Shown here one piece after another: positions 41,679 through 55,029 of a stretch of 64,000 bases of DNA. This stretch comes from Dictyostelium discoideum (taxonomy: Eukaryota). Every line of letters starts with the position of its first letter. Position 1 is the stretch's first letter. The notes beneath the pieces were generated by a model. The model had not been told where the DNA came from. It did no database searches and worked only from the letters and a program-made list of their open reading frames with translations. Made by a program: the position numbers and the translations under genes. The stretch is taken from the NCBI GenBank assembly GCA_000004695.1, contig CM000151.3:32001-96000 (forward strand), given 5' to 3'.

Positions 41679-42053
41679 TTTGTTTGTTTTTCTACTACTA
41701 CTACTACTACTACTAATACTACTTACTTGACTCATGATACCAAAGAAACCCCATAATTTTAAAGAATGGAAAGGAATACTAATAACTAATTCATGGAAAA
41801 TAGCAGATACAAAGAAACACATGAAATAACCCATATTTTTACTGAAACCTCTTCTTCTCATTGGTGTATAAATTAAAACTACCATCCAATGATGAACAGG
41901 CATATTCCACGTTCTCCAAAAATAATCTAAACCTGTACTATTCCACCAATCTCTATAGAATTCTCTATCACCAAATCTTGTAATCTCTGCAACAATATTT
42001 AAATATAAATGGAAAAACACATAAAATCCTAATAACCAAACATATAAATTTGG

Positions 42054-42112
<59 letters not shown>

Positions 42113-43578
42113 AAAAAAAATATATATATTAGTATTAAATTAATTATTAATTATTAATTATTAATTGACTTACAGATAATTTCATAATTCTTTCAACAAT
42201 TAAAACTATATCAATCTTTTCTAAAGGTTCAATACTATTTTGAACTAATGGTAACATATATTGATTAACCATCCAAAGTATTAAGAGAGAGAGAGATAAA
42301 GCCTCAACGATTCTTCTAAGTAGATAACCTTTTCTAATCTTTGGAGAACGTGGATAACTTAATTGGTATACTAAAGTTGGTACCAACATGAACCAATAGG
42401 TACTACGAAGTGATAGATTATTTGGATAGATTGAAGTATTGGTTGGATCGATTACAAATTTCTTATTGTCAGGATTCAATTTACGTTGTTTACTATTCTC
42501 ATAGGCATAACTAATGATCTTCATACTGAATGTGCAAATCAAAATCATAACGATGATACCAGATGCTGGATTCGGTGAGAATGCAATGATCGAACCTGAT
42601 GGTACTATAATCACAGCTGCACAATTTATAATTCGAAGTAAATAACAAATACGATCTGGTAACAATTGTTTTGCTGCTGCTTTCTCTATTAAATAAGCTG
42701 CAATAATAAATAGATTTATCATTAAACTTATCATTACACCTGGCCATCTATGATATTCTGATATCTTGTATAAATCTAAATTAATTCTAATACCATATAA
42801 TAAATGATTTAAAATTACTAATCTAAAACTTGCAGTAATCTAAAAAATAAATAAAAAATTAGTATTATTATTTTTATTATTATCTATAAATTTAAAATAA
42901 AATAAAACATACTAATAAAATTAATAATAAATTTAAGAAACCTCTATAAGATGAACCATTTGATTCACTACTAAGAATTGATGGACGAAGTGTGAATAAA
43001 CCATTCATTGTCATTTTTTCTTCTTGTTTTGGTGGTGTTGAGATCTTATTATTATTATTGTTATTATTATTATTATTGTTGTTATTACCATTATTATTTT
43101 GATTGTGGTGGTGGTGGTGGTGGTTGCTGTGGTTGATGGTACCTTCATCATCAGTTAATGGTTGAACATTATTATTAGTTGGTTGTTTTGATTGAATTTG
43201 TGTATTGATCTTTCTTTGAGTTAAATTTGATTGTTTACCATTTGCTGATGAAAAGGTTGGACTAGTGTTGTTTTGATTATTGTTGTTTGTATTTCTCTTT
43301 GCAAGAAAGAATTCACTGTCGGATTCTGATTCACTATCAGAGAATGATATCTTTGGTGCATCAATACGTGATTTAGTTCTATCTAATTTATGAAATTCAT
43401 GTGAAATGAAACGATTTCTAACACGTTCTGTTTCATTTAATTCGTTTAATTTTGAATTTCTTTGATCTCTTCTTTGTTGTTGTTGCTGTTGCTGTTGCTG
43501 TTGTGGTTGTTGTGGTTGTTGTGGTTGTTTATCCATTGAATTGTTTTTATTGCCATTAGATGGTGGAATTGGTTCCAT
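41360..43578 (-). CDS. dgat1: Diacylglycerol O-acyltransferase 1 (MBOAT family); exons 42913-43578, 42184-42840, 41727-42056, 41360-41551
   Basis: VPTLVYQLSYPRSPKIRKGYLLRRIVE, FGDREFYRDWWNSTGLDYFWRTWNMPVHHWMVVLIYTPMRRRG, FHELVISIPF...LWGFFGIMSQ, IVLGQPLVVLLY: essentially the full DGAT1/ACAT signature including the FYxDWWN and conserved His regions. Poly-Gln/poly-Asn N-terminal extension. Introns contain (TA)26 and (ATT)n/(AGT)n arrays. All phases are 0 and verified. Confidence 0.85.
41595..41720. repeat. (ATA)n about 25 units plus (AGT)n inside dgat1 intron 3
   Basis: Direct reading. Confidence 0.9.
42059..42110. repeat. (TA)26 dinucleotide repeat inside dgat1 intron 2
   Basis: Direct reading. 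Confidence 0.95.
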
Positions 43579-44104
43579 AGCAATAATGATTGTTCACAAT
43601 TTATTTTATTTTATTTTTTTTTTTATTAAAAATAAAAAATAATTTTTAATTTTCAAAAAAAAAAAAAAAAAAAAAAAATTAAAAAAAAAAATCGATTATT
43701 AAAAAAATTAAAAAAATTAAAAAAAAAAAAAAAAAAAAAAAAAGTGGGGCATCCATTTGCCCTAGTGTTTTTTATTAGATTTTGTAAAAAACCAATTATG
43801 TTTTTTATTTTTAATTTTTTTTTAATTTTATTTTTTTTTAATTTTTTTTTTTTTTTGAAAATAAAACATTTCGCCTTAAATATCTTTTTTAATACAAAAC
43901 CATCGAAAATGAACAGATAATTTCAAATTTTTTGGAGAGGGGGCATCAAAAAAAACTAAAAAAAAAAAAAAAAAAAAAAATAAAATTAAATTAAAAATGA
44001 AATTTTAAAAGAAATTTAAAAAAACAGAAAAAAAAAAAAAAATAGGCTTCTAATTCAAATAAATTAAAACCATCACATCAGATAACACCTGGTCACAATT
44101 ACAC

Positions 44105-44143
<39 letters not shown>

Positions 44144-44521
44144 TTATTTTTTTATTTATTTTTTTTATTTAATATTTTTTTTTTTCATTATTTTTTTTAT
44201 TAATTAAAAAAAAAAAAAAAAAATTTAACCCCATTCCTAAATATAACAAAAATTATACACACAAACACCCAATCTTTTATTCCGCTTAATTATAAAGAAT
44301 TATTATAAATAATTAATAAAGGTTTGGTTTTTTTTTAAAAAATATAATTAATAATTAAATTTTTTTTTTTTTTTTTATTATTTTCATTTTTTTTATTATT
44401 TTTTTTTTTTTTTTTGTTAGTTTAAATTAAAAAATATATTATTTAACCTTTTCATTTTTTTTCATTATTTTTGTTAAGGGTATTTTTTATTTTTAAAAAT
44501 AGAAAAATTAAATACTCAAGA

Positions 44522-44694
44522 ATGGATGTAAAATATATTATCAATAAAGATCAATTGCACCAAGCCAGAAATAGTGCACTCCACGCTCACGAAAAGGTAA
44601 AGATATTTATTTTTTTTTTTTTTTCAAATTTTTTAGGAAATTAAATTAAAACATAAACTAAAAAATAATATCTTCTTTTTTTCTTTCTTCAAAA

Positions 44695-44730
<36 letters not shown>

Positions 44731-46883
44731 AATCGATTTAATCTAATGTCATAATATGCTACAACAACTATGAATAATAATTAGTATTATAAAGACTTTA
44801 GTCAATTATTAAAAACAAATATTAATAATAGACCAGTGATTGATATGGCTAGTGATGAACATAAAGCCAAAACACATAGAGATGCGATAGAAGTTTGTAA
44901 GATGGGAGTTTTAGATGTTAGAGTTATTCAGAAAGATCCAAAGATATTCTTGTCCTATTTAACGAGTTTATCAAGTTGTGATATGTCATTGATGGCTAAA
45001 TTAGTCATTCATTTCCAATTATTTGGTGGTACAATCTTAGAGTTGGGTACAGAAGAACACCATAATAAATACTTTCCAGATATTAAAACCATGAGAATCG
45101 TTGGTGGTTTCGGTATGACTGAAATGGGACATGGTTCAAATGTTAGACAAATTGAAACAACAGCTGAATATGACCATACTACAAAAGAATTTATAATTAA
45201 TTCACCAACTCGTTCAAGTACTAAATTTTGGATTGGTAATATGGCAAGTAAGTAATCATATATATATATATTAATATATATATTTGTTATTAATAATTAT
45301 TTCAAAAAAAGAATATGGTACACATATTGTTTTATTTTGTAGATTAATTTATAAAGGTGAAGATAAAGGTGTACATGGTATAGTTACACAAATTAGAGAT
45401 TTAGATAGTAAAAATGTATTTCCAGGTATTGAAATTGGTGATTGTGGTCCAAAGATCGGTTGGAATGGTATTGATAATGCTTGGATTAGATTTACAAATT
45501 ATCGTGTTCCAAAAGAAAATTTATTAAATAGATTTGCAAATATTTCAGATTCTGGTGATTATACTTGTAAATTATCAACACCTGGTAAATTATTTCAAGT
45601 TACAATATCTCAATTAGTTTTTGGAAGGTAATCATAATTAAAATTATAAAAATATAAAGTGTGTTTTTAATTAACTATTACTAACACATATTTTCAATTT
45701 AAATATCAATATATCTAGATTATTATATATTTGTGGACCAATTAAAGCATTAACAATTACATTAAGAACCGGTTTAACATATGCATTTAATAGAAGACAA
45801 TTTGGTGAAAAAAATAAAATTGAAGAATTAATTATAAATTATCCATCACATTATCAAGTGTTATTACCAATGTTAAGTCATTTGGTTGCATTCGAATTTG
45901 CAAGAGATTCAATCATTGAAAGATTACTTGAACCAAAAACTACTGATGAAAGATTAGATGAAACAAATTCAACAATTAGTGGTGTAAAAGCATTAGTAAA
46001 TGAATATACTATGATTTATTTAAATAAATTAAGAACTTTTTGTGGTGGTAATGGGTAAAAATATTCATAATTTATTAATTTATTAATTTATAAATTAATT
46101 ACTAATTTTTTAATTTTATTATTATTATTATTATTATTATAAAAAAGTGTATCATCATTTAATTTATTTGGATATTATAGAAATGAAATGGATATTTTTC
46201 AAACAGCAGAGGGTGATGGAGCAGTATTATATCAACAATTGGCTAAATTTTTATTATCAGAATATAAGAAATGGTATAAGAAAGAAGGTGTTACAGGATA
46301 TATAATTAAAGAGGTTCAAACTTTTTTAGCAACTAGTAATCCAATGTATACTCATACTAGATCAATTCCATATATTCTATCGAATGAATTTCATCATCAT
46401 GCATTCCTTTATAGATTTGAACGTATTCGTTCAACTGTAATCGAGAAACTTAGTCATTCAAAATCAAAGAAATTGACATTCCTTCAATCTTGGAATGATT
46501 CACTACTATACATCATAGATATGGCAAAGGCTTATTCTCATCTTTACATTTTAGAACAAAGTCATCTAGCAATTAGAAGATGTCAAGATCCTTCAACAAG
46601 ACATTTACTCAATGATTTGATTAAACTATATGCTCTATCAAATATTGAACAAGATTTTGCTTTCTTTAGAAATTGTAATTTCTTATCCTCTGGTAAAGCA
46701 TTTGCAATATCTGATGCAATCAAAGAACTATGTATTGGTATTAAACCTTATGCACTTCAAATCATTAATTCTGATTATAACATTTTAATTGATCCACTCT
46801 TAAATATTCCTTTAGCAAATTTGGATGGTGATTATATTAATCATATGGCTGATTGTGTTGGTGTTCCAAAATCAAATTTATAA
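44522..46883 (+). CDS. Peroxisomal acyl-CoA oxidase; exons 44522-44596, 44785-45247, 45312-45627, 45719-46054, 46181-46883
   Basis: GFGMTEMGHGSNVRQIETTAEYDHTTKEFIINSPTRSSTKFWIGN; HIVLFCRLIYKGEDKGVHGIVTQIRD...PGIEIGDCGPKIGWNGIDNAWIRF; FNRRQFG; CGGNG/NEMDIFQTAEGDGAVLYQQLAKFLL. C-terminal tripeptide -SNL. The first intron acceptor was chosen at TTAG|TATTAT (44784) because the nearer AATAG (44831) gives the wrong phase; the N-terminal 40 residues are therefore less certain. Confidence 0.75.
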
Positions 46884-47476
46884 ATAATTAAAATAATTAA
46901 TAATTAATAATAATAATAATAATAATAAAAATAATAAGTCATTTTAAAAATGATATGCGGTTTTATATCAAATGAATATAAACATTTGGTTTATAATTTA
47001 ATAATAAAAAATAAATAAATAAGAAAAAAAATTAATAAATAAATTAAAAATTTTAAAAAAAGGAAATTTTATTTTTGTGTTTTTTTTTTTTATTTAATTT
47101 GAAGATCATTTTTTATTTTTTTTATTTTTTTTTATTTTCTAAACAAAATATTTTTTTATTTCTTTTTTTTTTTTTATTTTTTTTTAAAATGGTAATTAAA
47201 ATCCAAAAAAAAAAAAAAAAAAAAAAAAGATAAAAATAAAAAAATAAAAATAAAAAATTTTGGCTTGAAAAAAAATAAAAATAATTATTTTATTGGTTAC
47301 CAGAGTGAACAGAAACCACACGTGTAACATATTGAAATTAATTTTTTTAATTTTTAAATTTTTTTTTTTTTTTTTTTTTTTTGAAAATTAAATTTTTCAG
47401 GAGGAAAAAAAAAAAAAATTATTAAACATTAAATAACACATCACCCACCCACCCTACAAAAACAGTAACAATAAAA

Positions 47477-48109
47477 ATGGGAAGAAAAAGTAAAAGTAAT
47501 TTAGATTTACCACAAGAAGAACCACTTACAGTTACAAGAAGTGGTAGAACAATTATAAAACCAAATCCAGTTGTAACAAATACACCAGTAAAAAAAACAA
47601 CCAAAACAAATAAAAAATTAAAAGAAAGTAGTGATGAAGAAGATTCATCATCAGAAAATGAAGAACCAATTTTAGAGAATCAAAAAAATAAAAAAAAGAA
47701 AGATTCAACAACAACATCAACTGTAAATAGAAAAGAAAAAAAACCAACTACACCAAAAAAAAAACAACAACAAAAATTAAAAGAATCAGATGATGAAGAT
47801 GATTCATCATCATCATCATCACCAAGCATAACACCACCAAAATCTTCAAATACATCAACCAAGAAATATACTCTTGAAGAGTTAGATATCATTACAAGAG
47901 AGAATAGAATTGTTTATATTAAATTTTTCATTTTTTCAATTTTAATGGTAGTTGTACCACTTTTAGCCTTTAAAATATTTAATACTACCGTTGGTGATTA
48001 TCTTGGAATTAGTAGACAAGATAGAGTAACATATGCTGGTGTAGCTTCATTATGTGGATTAATTTTAGTTATGGCTGCTTATAGTGTCATGGCTTATTTT
48101 GAAAAATAA
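47477..48109 (+). CDS. Hypothetical basic Lys/Ser/Thr-rich protein (210 aa) with a C-terminal two-helix hydrophobic region
   Basis: Single ORF from ATG. Low-complexity N-terminal two-thirds (KKTTKTNKKLKESSDEEDSSSENEE...). The last about 65 aa, IVYIKFFIFSILMVVVPLLAFKIFNTT...AGVASLCGLILVMAAYSVMAYFEK, form two predicted TM helices weakly reminiscent of VMA21-type assembly factors. Confidence 0.45.
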   Translation: MGRKSKSNLDLPQEEPLTVTRSGRTIIKPNPVVTNTPVKKTTKTNKKLKESSDEEDSSSENEEPILENQKNKKKKDSTTTSTVNRKEKKPTTPKKKQQQKLKESDDEDDSSSSSSPSITPPKSSNTSTKKYTLEELDIITRENRIVYIKFFIFSILMVVVPLLAFKIFNTTVGDYLGISRQDRVTYAGVASLCGLILVMAAYSVMAYFEK

Positions 48110-48256
48110 ATTTAAAAATTTTAAAAATCTAAAAATAAAATTAAAAATAATAATATTATTATTATTTAAAAATAGAATTTCTTTTTTTTTTTTTTTTTTT
48201 TTTAAATATACAACATTTTTTTTTTTTTATTATTTTATTATGATCAAAAGAACAAT

Positions 48257-51014
48257 TTATTGTTTACTTTTAATTTCTTCAATTGAATTTTCAATACTTT
48301 CAATTTCTTTTAATTTTGCATTATAAACTTTAGAAGTTTCATCGATTTTAGATTGTTGACGATCTCTTAAAACTTTATTTGGAATTGATGCAAAGGTTGT
48401 TTGAAGTTGTGTCAATTGTTTCTTTATAGTTTCAGATTCTTGTTGTGATTTTCTTAATAAACTAATTAAATTAATTAATTCTGTATTATCGGGTGCACTT
48501 GGTAGTGGTACTGGTGGTGGGGTTGAAATAGTTGGTTGTGAAGATGATGAAAATGAAGATGATGATGAAGCTGTTGTTGTGGTTGTTGTTGCATTTATTG
48601 TTGCATTTGTTGCATTTGGTATTAAACTTGTTGTAGTTGATAATATTGGAGAATTTGTTTGATTTGTTGATGATCCGATATTAATTTGTGGTGTGGTTGG
48701 TAGCATCTCTCCACTATTTGAAATTGAAGAAATTGGTTGAATTGATGACGATGCTTGATTAAGTGGTGATGATGTTTTACTATATATTGGTGGTGTAGTA
48801 GTTGTTGTAGTTGTAGTTGTAATTGGTGGTGTTGAAATTATTGATTGTTGAATTGGTGGAGTATTAAGTGGTTGTTGTTGTTGCTGTTGTGTTGATGTTT
48901 CAATGTTAGTGGTACTATTAGATAATGATGACGCACTTGAATTTAAATTTTGATTTGGTAAATCTTGTTGCTGTTGGCCTATTGTTATTGTTATTGTTAT
49001 TGTTATTGTTATTGTTATTGTTATTGTTATTGTTATTGGTATTATTATTATTGTTATTATTATTATTGTTATTATTATTATTATCTATTTGGATTGGTTG
49101 TGATGGGTCAGTTAGATTTTGATTATTTTGATAATCTCTATCTCTATCTCTATCTCTGTGTTCTCTATGTTCTCTTCTTCTCTTTTTATGTTCCCTGTGC
49201 TCTCCATCTCTACCTTCTCTATCACCTCTATCTCTGTGTTCTCTGTCACCTCTATCTCTGTGTTCTCTGTCACCCCTATCTCTATGTTCTCTGTCTCTAT
49301 GTTCTCTTCTTTCACTTCTATGTTTTTTCCTTTCTTCATGAGATCTTGGTGAAGTTGGTTGTGGTTGTTGTTGTGGTGGTAGTTGTGATTGTTGTTGTGT
49401 TGGTGTTGTTGGTTGTTGTAAAGGTGAAGAAGGTACACCACCAACATTAATATTAATACCACTACTACCAATACTTTTTGAAAGATCATCAGGAGATTTA
49501 AATGATGAATCCACAGTAGCAGGAGAAGAAGGTATTGGAAATTTAATTTTCAAACTAGTTGGTGTACTACCAGTTGAACTACCCATACCACCAATACTAT
49601 TACTACTATTAATTGGTTGAATTGATTGTGTTGATGATTGTAATGATTGTTGTTGTTGTTGTTGTTGAGATTGCTGTTGTTGTTGTTGTTGAGATTGCTG
49701 CTGTTGTTGTTGTTGTTGTTGTTGATTTTGATTTTGATTTTGAGTATTTACAAAGTTACTACTGAATGTTCTACTATTACTGCTGCTACTACTACTACTA
49801 CTTCTATCACTTCTTGATCTTCTATCTCTCTTTGAACTATTTGGAGATCTTTCTTTATCTAAAGGTGATCTATCAGACATTGAAATTGGTTTACTTCCAC
49901 TGAAACGAGTTAATCTATCATCATCACTAAATTCATCATCCAAATTAATCATATTCATATTATTATTATTATTAAAATTATTATTCCTATTTCTATTATT
50001 ATAACTATTATTATTATTATTATTACCAAATGATTGATAATTATTTGTAGATTTAACTTTTAGAGTTCTAATTTGATTTTCAATTTCATTATCATCTAAA
50101 CCAGATTCATCATTACTATCCATATCTTCAATAACGATTTGATCATCAGCTTTCTCTTCAAAAATAACGGGTTCTTTTGAATTTTGACCAAATAAGTCAT
50201 TACCATATTTATCCTTTAAATCTGCCAATGATACAAATTCAATCTCTTCTGAATCTGCATAACCTGGTTTAATTAATCTAACTAATTCCTCTTCAATCTT
50301 TGCTAATTCCGTAATTTTATCCCTATTATATGTTTTAAACTTTCTTTTTACTATATCTTTTGTTGCTGCTGTTAAACCTGTTTGTAATATATTATTTATT
50401 GTATTTGGTGCCGCTGTATTTGGTAATGGTGTCGTTGTGGTTGTGGTTGTAGTTGTAGTTGTATTATTATTATTAGAAGTATCCATTAAATCATCTTGGT
50501 CAGATTGTGTTGGTGGAGGTGGTGGTGGTGGTGGTGGTGGTGGATTATCATTTACAATTATCATTTGACCGATATCAGCAGTTTTATAAAAGTTTACTCT
50601 ATCAAATGTTTTATGAGATTCAACAATACATGGTAAATCAACCAAGTTTGCATTATATTCTTGATCACCAAATTTAATTTGAATTTGTCTATCATTTTTA
50701 AAATGAAAATCAACTGGAATATCCATTTGTTTTTGTTTAATCATATTTCTAACTTGATCGGCTAAATGTAATGGTAATCTAAATAAAATTTGATCCTCTG
50801 ATTCATCTGGTCTACCATATCCTTGTAATCCACCTTCAATTGGTATATTTGTTATATTATTATTATTATAGTTATAATTTCCATAGTTATTATTATTATT
50901 ATTATTACTACTAGTATAATTATTATTATTATAACTACTACTACTACTACTATAATTTCCTCCAATAGAATTTGTATTGACTTCTATAAAATCGAAATTA
51001 TTATTATTATTCAT
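48257..51014 (-). CDS. taf7: TFIID subunit TAF7 (TAFII55) homolog; annotated ORF 48918-51014 (698 aa) plus a probable C-terminal continuation in another frame down to 48257
   Basis: QILFRLPLHLADQVRNMIKQKQMDIPVDFHFKNDRQIQIKFGDQEYNANLVDLPCIVESHKTFDRVNFYKTADIGQMIIV matches the TAF7 N-terminal domain nearly residue for residue (ILRLP..., LVDLPC..ES.KT.D...FYKTADI). The downstream frame (..QQQDLPNQNLNSS...TTPQINIG...KQLTQLQTTFASIPNKVLRDRQQSKIDETSKVYNAKLKEIESIENSIEEIKSKQ*) is open from about 49005 to 48257 and ends in a coiled coil, as TAF7 C-termini do. The two frames differ by 1 nt within the (AACAAT)n repeat 48975-49060. Confidence 0.7.
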
Positions 51015-51281
51015 TATAGCAAAATGCTATATAAATTATTTTATTATTTTGTTTAGATATTTTAATTTATTAGTTCAATGAATCCTGTTTGCTATTGGTT
51101 GCCTAGTTAAAAAAATAATAAAAAAAAAATAAAAATAAAAATAATTTTTAAAAATTGAAAAAAAAAAAAAAAAAAAAAAAAAAAATAATTTTCCAAAAAA
51201 AATTTTTTTTTTTATTTTTTTTTTATTTTTTTAAATTAATAAAACTCGAAATAATTATTTAAATTAATAGATAATTATCTC

Positions 51282-51317
<36 letters not shown>

Positions 51318-51382
51318 CAGATATTTTAGATATTTTAGATTTTTTTTTTTTTTTTTTTTTTTTATAAATTTTAAAAATTAAA

Positions 51383-51859
51383 ATGGCAGAAGATTTAGAA
51401 ATTTCAAAAGGTAGTAAAGAAGAACAATATGAAAATTTACTTCCACAAATTGAAGGATTATTAACAGGTGAAAATAATCAAATTGCAAATTTAGCTAATG
51501 TTACAGCAGCATTAAAGGAACAATTCAATTTCTTTTGGGTAGGTTTCTATCTTGTTGATACAGAAAATGAACTCGTTTTAGCTCCATTTCAAGGTCCAAT
51601 TGCTTGTACACGTATTAGAAAAGGTAGAGGTGTTTGTGGTACTGCTTGGCAACAAGAGAAAACTTTAATCGTACCTGATGTTGAAAAGTTCCCAGGTCAT
51701 ATTGCATGTAGTTCACTTTCAAAATCTGAAATCGTATTACCATTATATAAACAAGGAAATATCATTGGTGTTTTAGATGTTGATAGTGACAAATTAAATA
51801 GTTTTGATGAAATTGATGAAAAATATTTAACTCAAATTTTAAAATTATTAGATAATTAA
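51383..51859 (+). CDS. GAF-domain free methionine-(R)-sulfoxide reductase (fRMsr / YKG9 / YebR family), single exon
   Basis: FNFFWVGFYLVD...LVLAPFQGPIACTRIRKGRGVCGTAWQQEKTLIVPDVEKFPGHIACSSLSKSEIVLPL...IGVLDVDS: the conserved Cys triad and GAF core of fRMsr. Size 158 aa. Confidence 0.8.
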   Translation: MAEDLEISKGSKEEQYENLLPQIEGLLTGENNQIANLANVTAALKEQFNFFWVGFYLVDTENELVLAPFQGPIACTRIRKGRGVCGTAWQQEKTLIVPDVEKFPGHIACSSLSKSEIVLPLYKQGNIIGVLDVDSDKLNSFDEIDEKYLTQILKLLDN

Positions 51860-51896
51860 TTAAATTTTTTTACTCAATTGTAATATAAATAATCAT

Positions 51897-51933
<37 letters not shown>

Positions 51934-52158
51934 AATAATAAAATAATAAAATTATTTATTGACGATAAAAACACTTCTTTTTTTCCAAAATATCTTCATT
52001 TTTTTTTCATTTTCGCTTTTTTTTTTTTTTTTTTCACAAAAAAAAAAACAAAAAAAAAAAAAACCATGGTTTAAAAAAAAAAAAAATATTTTCATCTTTC
52101 GATTTTCTATTTTCAAAAAAAAAAATCAAAAATCAAAAACATATAAAATTTAAAAAAA

Positions 52159-52710
52159 ATGAAAGCTTTAATTATTATTGATATGGTAAATGATTTAGTA
52201 AGTGGTGTACTTGCAAATGAAAAATATGCAAATGAAATTATTCCATCAATTCAAAGATTAATTGAAAATGCTAGAAAGAATCCAACTGAATGGTTAATTG
52301 TTTATTCAAATGATGCACATAAAGAAGATGATAGAGAGATGAAAGTTTGGGGTAAACATGCAATGGAAGGAACTGAAGGTGCTCAAGTTATTGATTCATT
52401 GAAACCAATGGATACAGATAATGAAATCATTTCACCAAAGAGATTTTATGGTGCATTCGATTTAACAGGACTCGGTGAAATCTTTGAAAAAAGAGGTGGT
52501 GTCACTGAAGTAGTTTTAGTTGGCCAACATACTCATTGTTGTGTTAGACACACTGCATATGGTGCCTTTATGAGAGGTTATGAAATTAAAGTACCATCAG
52601 ATGGTGTTTGTGTTTTTGATGGAATTGATAATCAAGCTGCTTTAGATTATTTAAAGAATATTTATGGTGCTACCATTACAACAACTGATAATATTTTAAA
52701 TAATTTATAA
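52159..52710 (+). CDS. Isochorismatase-family cysteine hydrolase (nicotinamidase/pyrazinamidase-like), single exon
   Basis: MKALIIIDMVNDLVSG (Asp of the catalytic triad), ...SNDAHKEDD..., VVLVGQHTHCCVRHTAYGA (nucleophile Cys in the THCCV context), 183 aa. Confidence 0.7.
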   Translation: MKALIIIDMVNDLVSGVLANEKYANEIIPSIQRLIENARKNPTEWLIVYSNDAHKEDDREMKVWGKHAMEGTEGAQVIDSLKPMDTDNEIISPKRFYGAFDLTGLGEIFEKRGGVTEVVLVGQHTHCCVRHTAYGAFMRGYEIKVPSDGVCVFDGIDNQAALDYLKNIYGATITTTDNILNNL

Positions 52711-52985
52711 AAAAAATAAAAATAAAAAAAATAAAAAAATAAAAAATAAAAAAAATTAAAAAAGTAAAAACTAATTAAAATTAAACTTAAATAAGGGAAT
52801 TTTTGATTTATTAATTTTATTTATTTTTTTAATAAATTATTTTGTATAAAATAAATTAAATCCCTATTGAAGATAAAAATTCTTCAAATTTGTATATACT
52901 CTTATAATTTTGGATAACTTTATCTCAAAATGGTAGATGTATTTTTTAATTACTTTTATTATATAAATAAATTATTATTATTTGA

Positions 52986-53031
<46 letters not shown>

Positions 53032-53048
53032 TTTTAATTGATATTTTC

Positions 53049-54746
<1,698 letters not shown>

Positions 54747-55003
54747 AGTAAATATGTTAAACAGGAAAATTAAAAAAATAAAAATTAATGAAAAAAAAAA
54801 AAAATAAACACCACACCAAGAATTTTTAAAAAAAAATAAAAAAAAAAAAAAAGAATTCCCAAAAAGAAATTTATTTTTGTACCATAGTAACTTTAAAAAA
54901 TTTCTTTTTTTTTTTTTTTTTTTTTAAAAAATTTTTGCCAACTGAGAATCGGAAAAGAGATGATTGTTTGTTCTATATCTTTTTTTTTTTATTTTATTTT
55001 GGA

Positions 55004-55029
55004 AATTCCTCTAAATTCTTTAATTTAGA
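55004..55029. promoter_or_regulatory. Perfect 10-bp inverted repeat (CCTCTAAATT-cttt-AATTTAGAGG) in the divergent intergenic region
   Basis: Direct reading. It can form a 10-bp stem hairpin as DNA or RNA. Confidence 0.5.

Noticed and set aside
48925-49489. Several plus- and minus-strand ORFs (poly-Leu, CYCYCY, ISISIS) inside TAF7
   Set aside because: Alternative-frame or antisense readings of the (AACAAT)n and 24-bp RD/RE repeats; the TAF7 frame is homology-supported.
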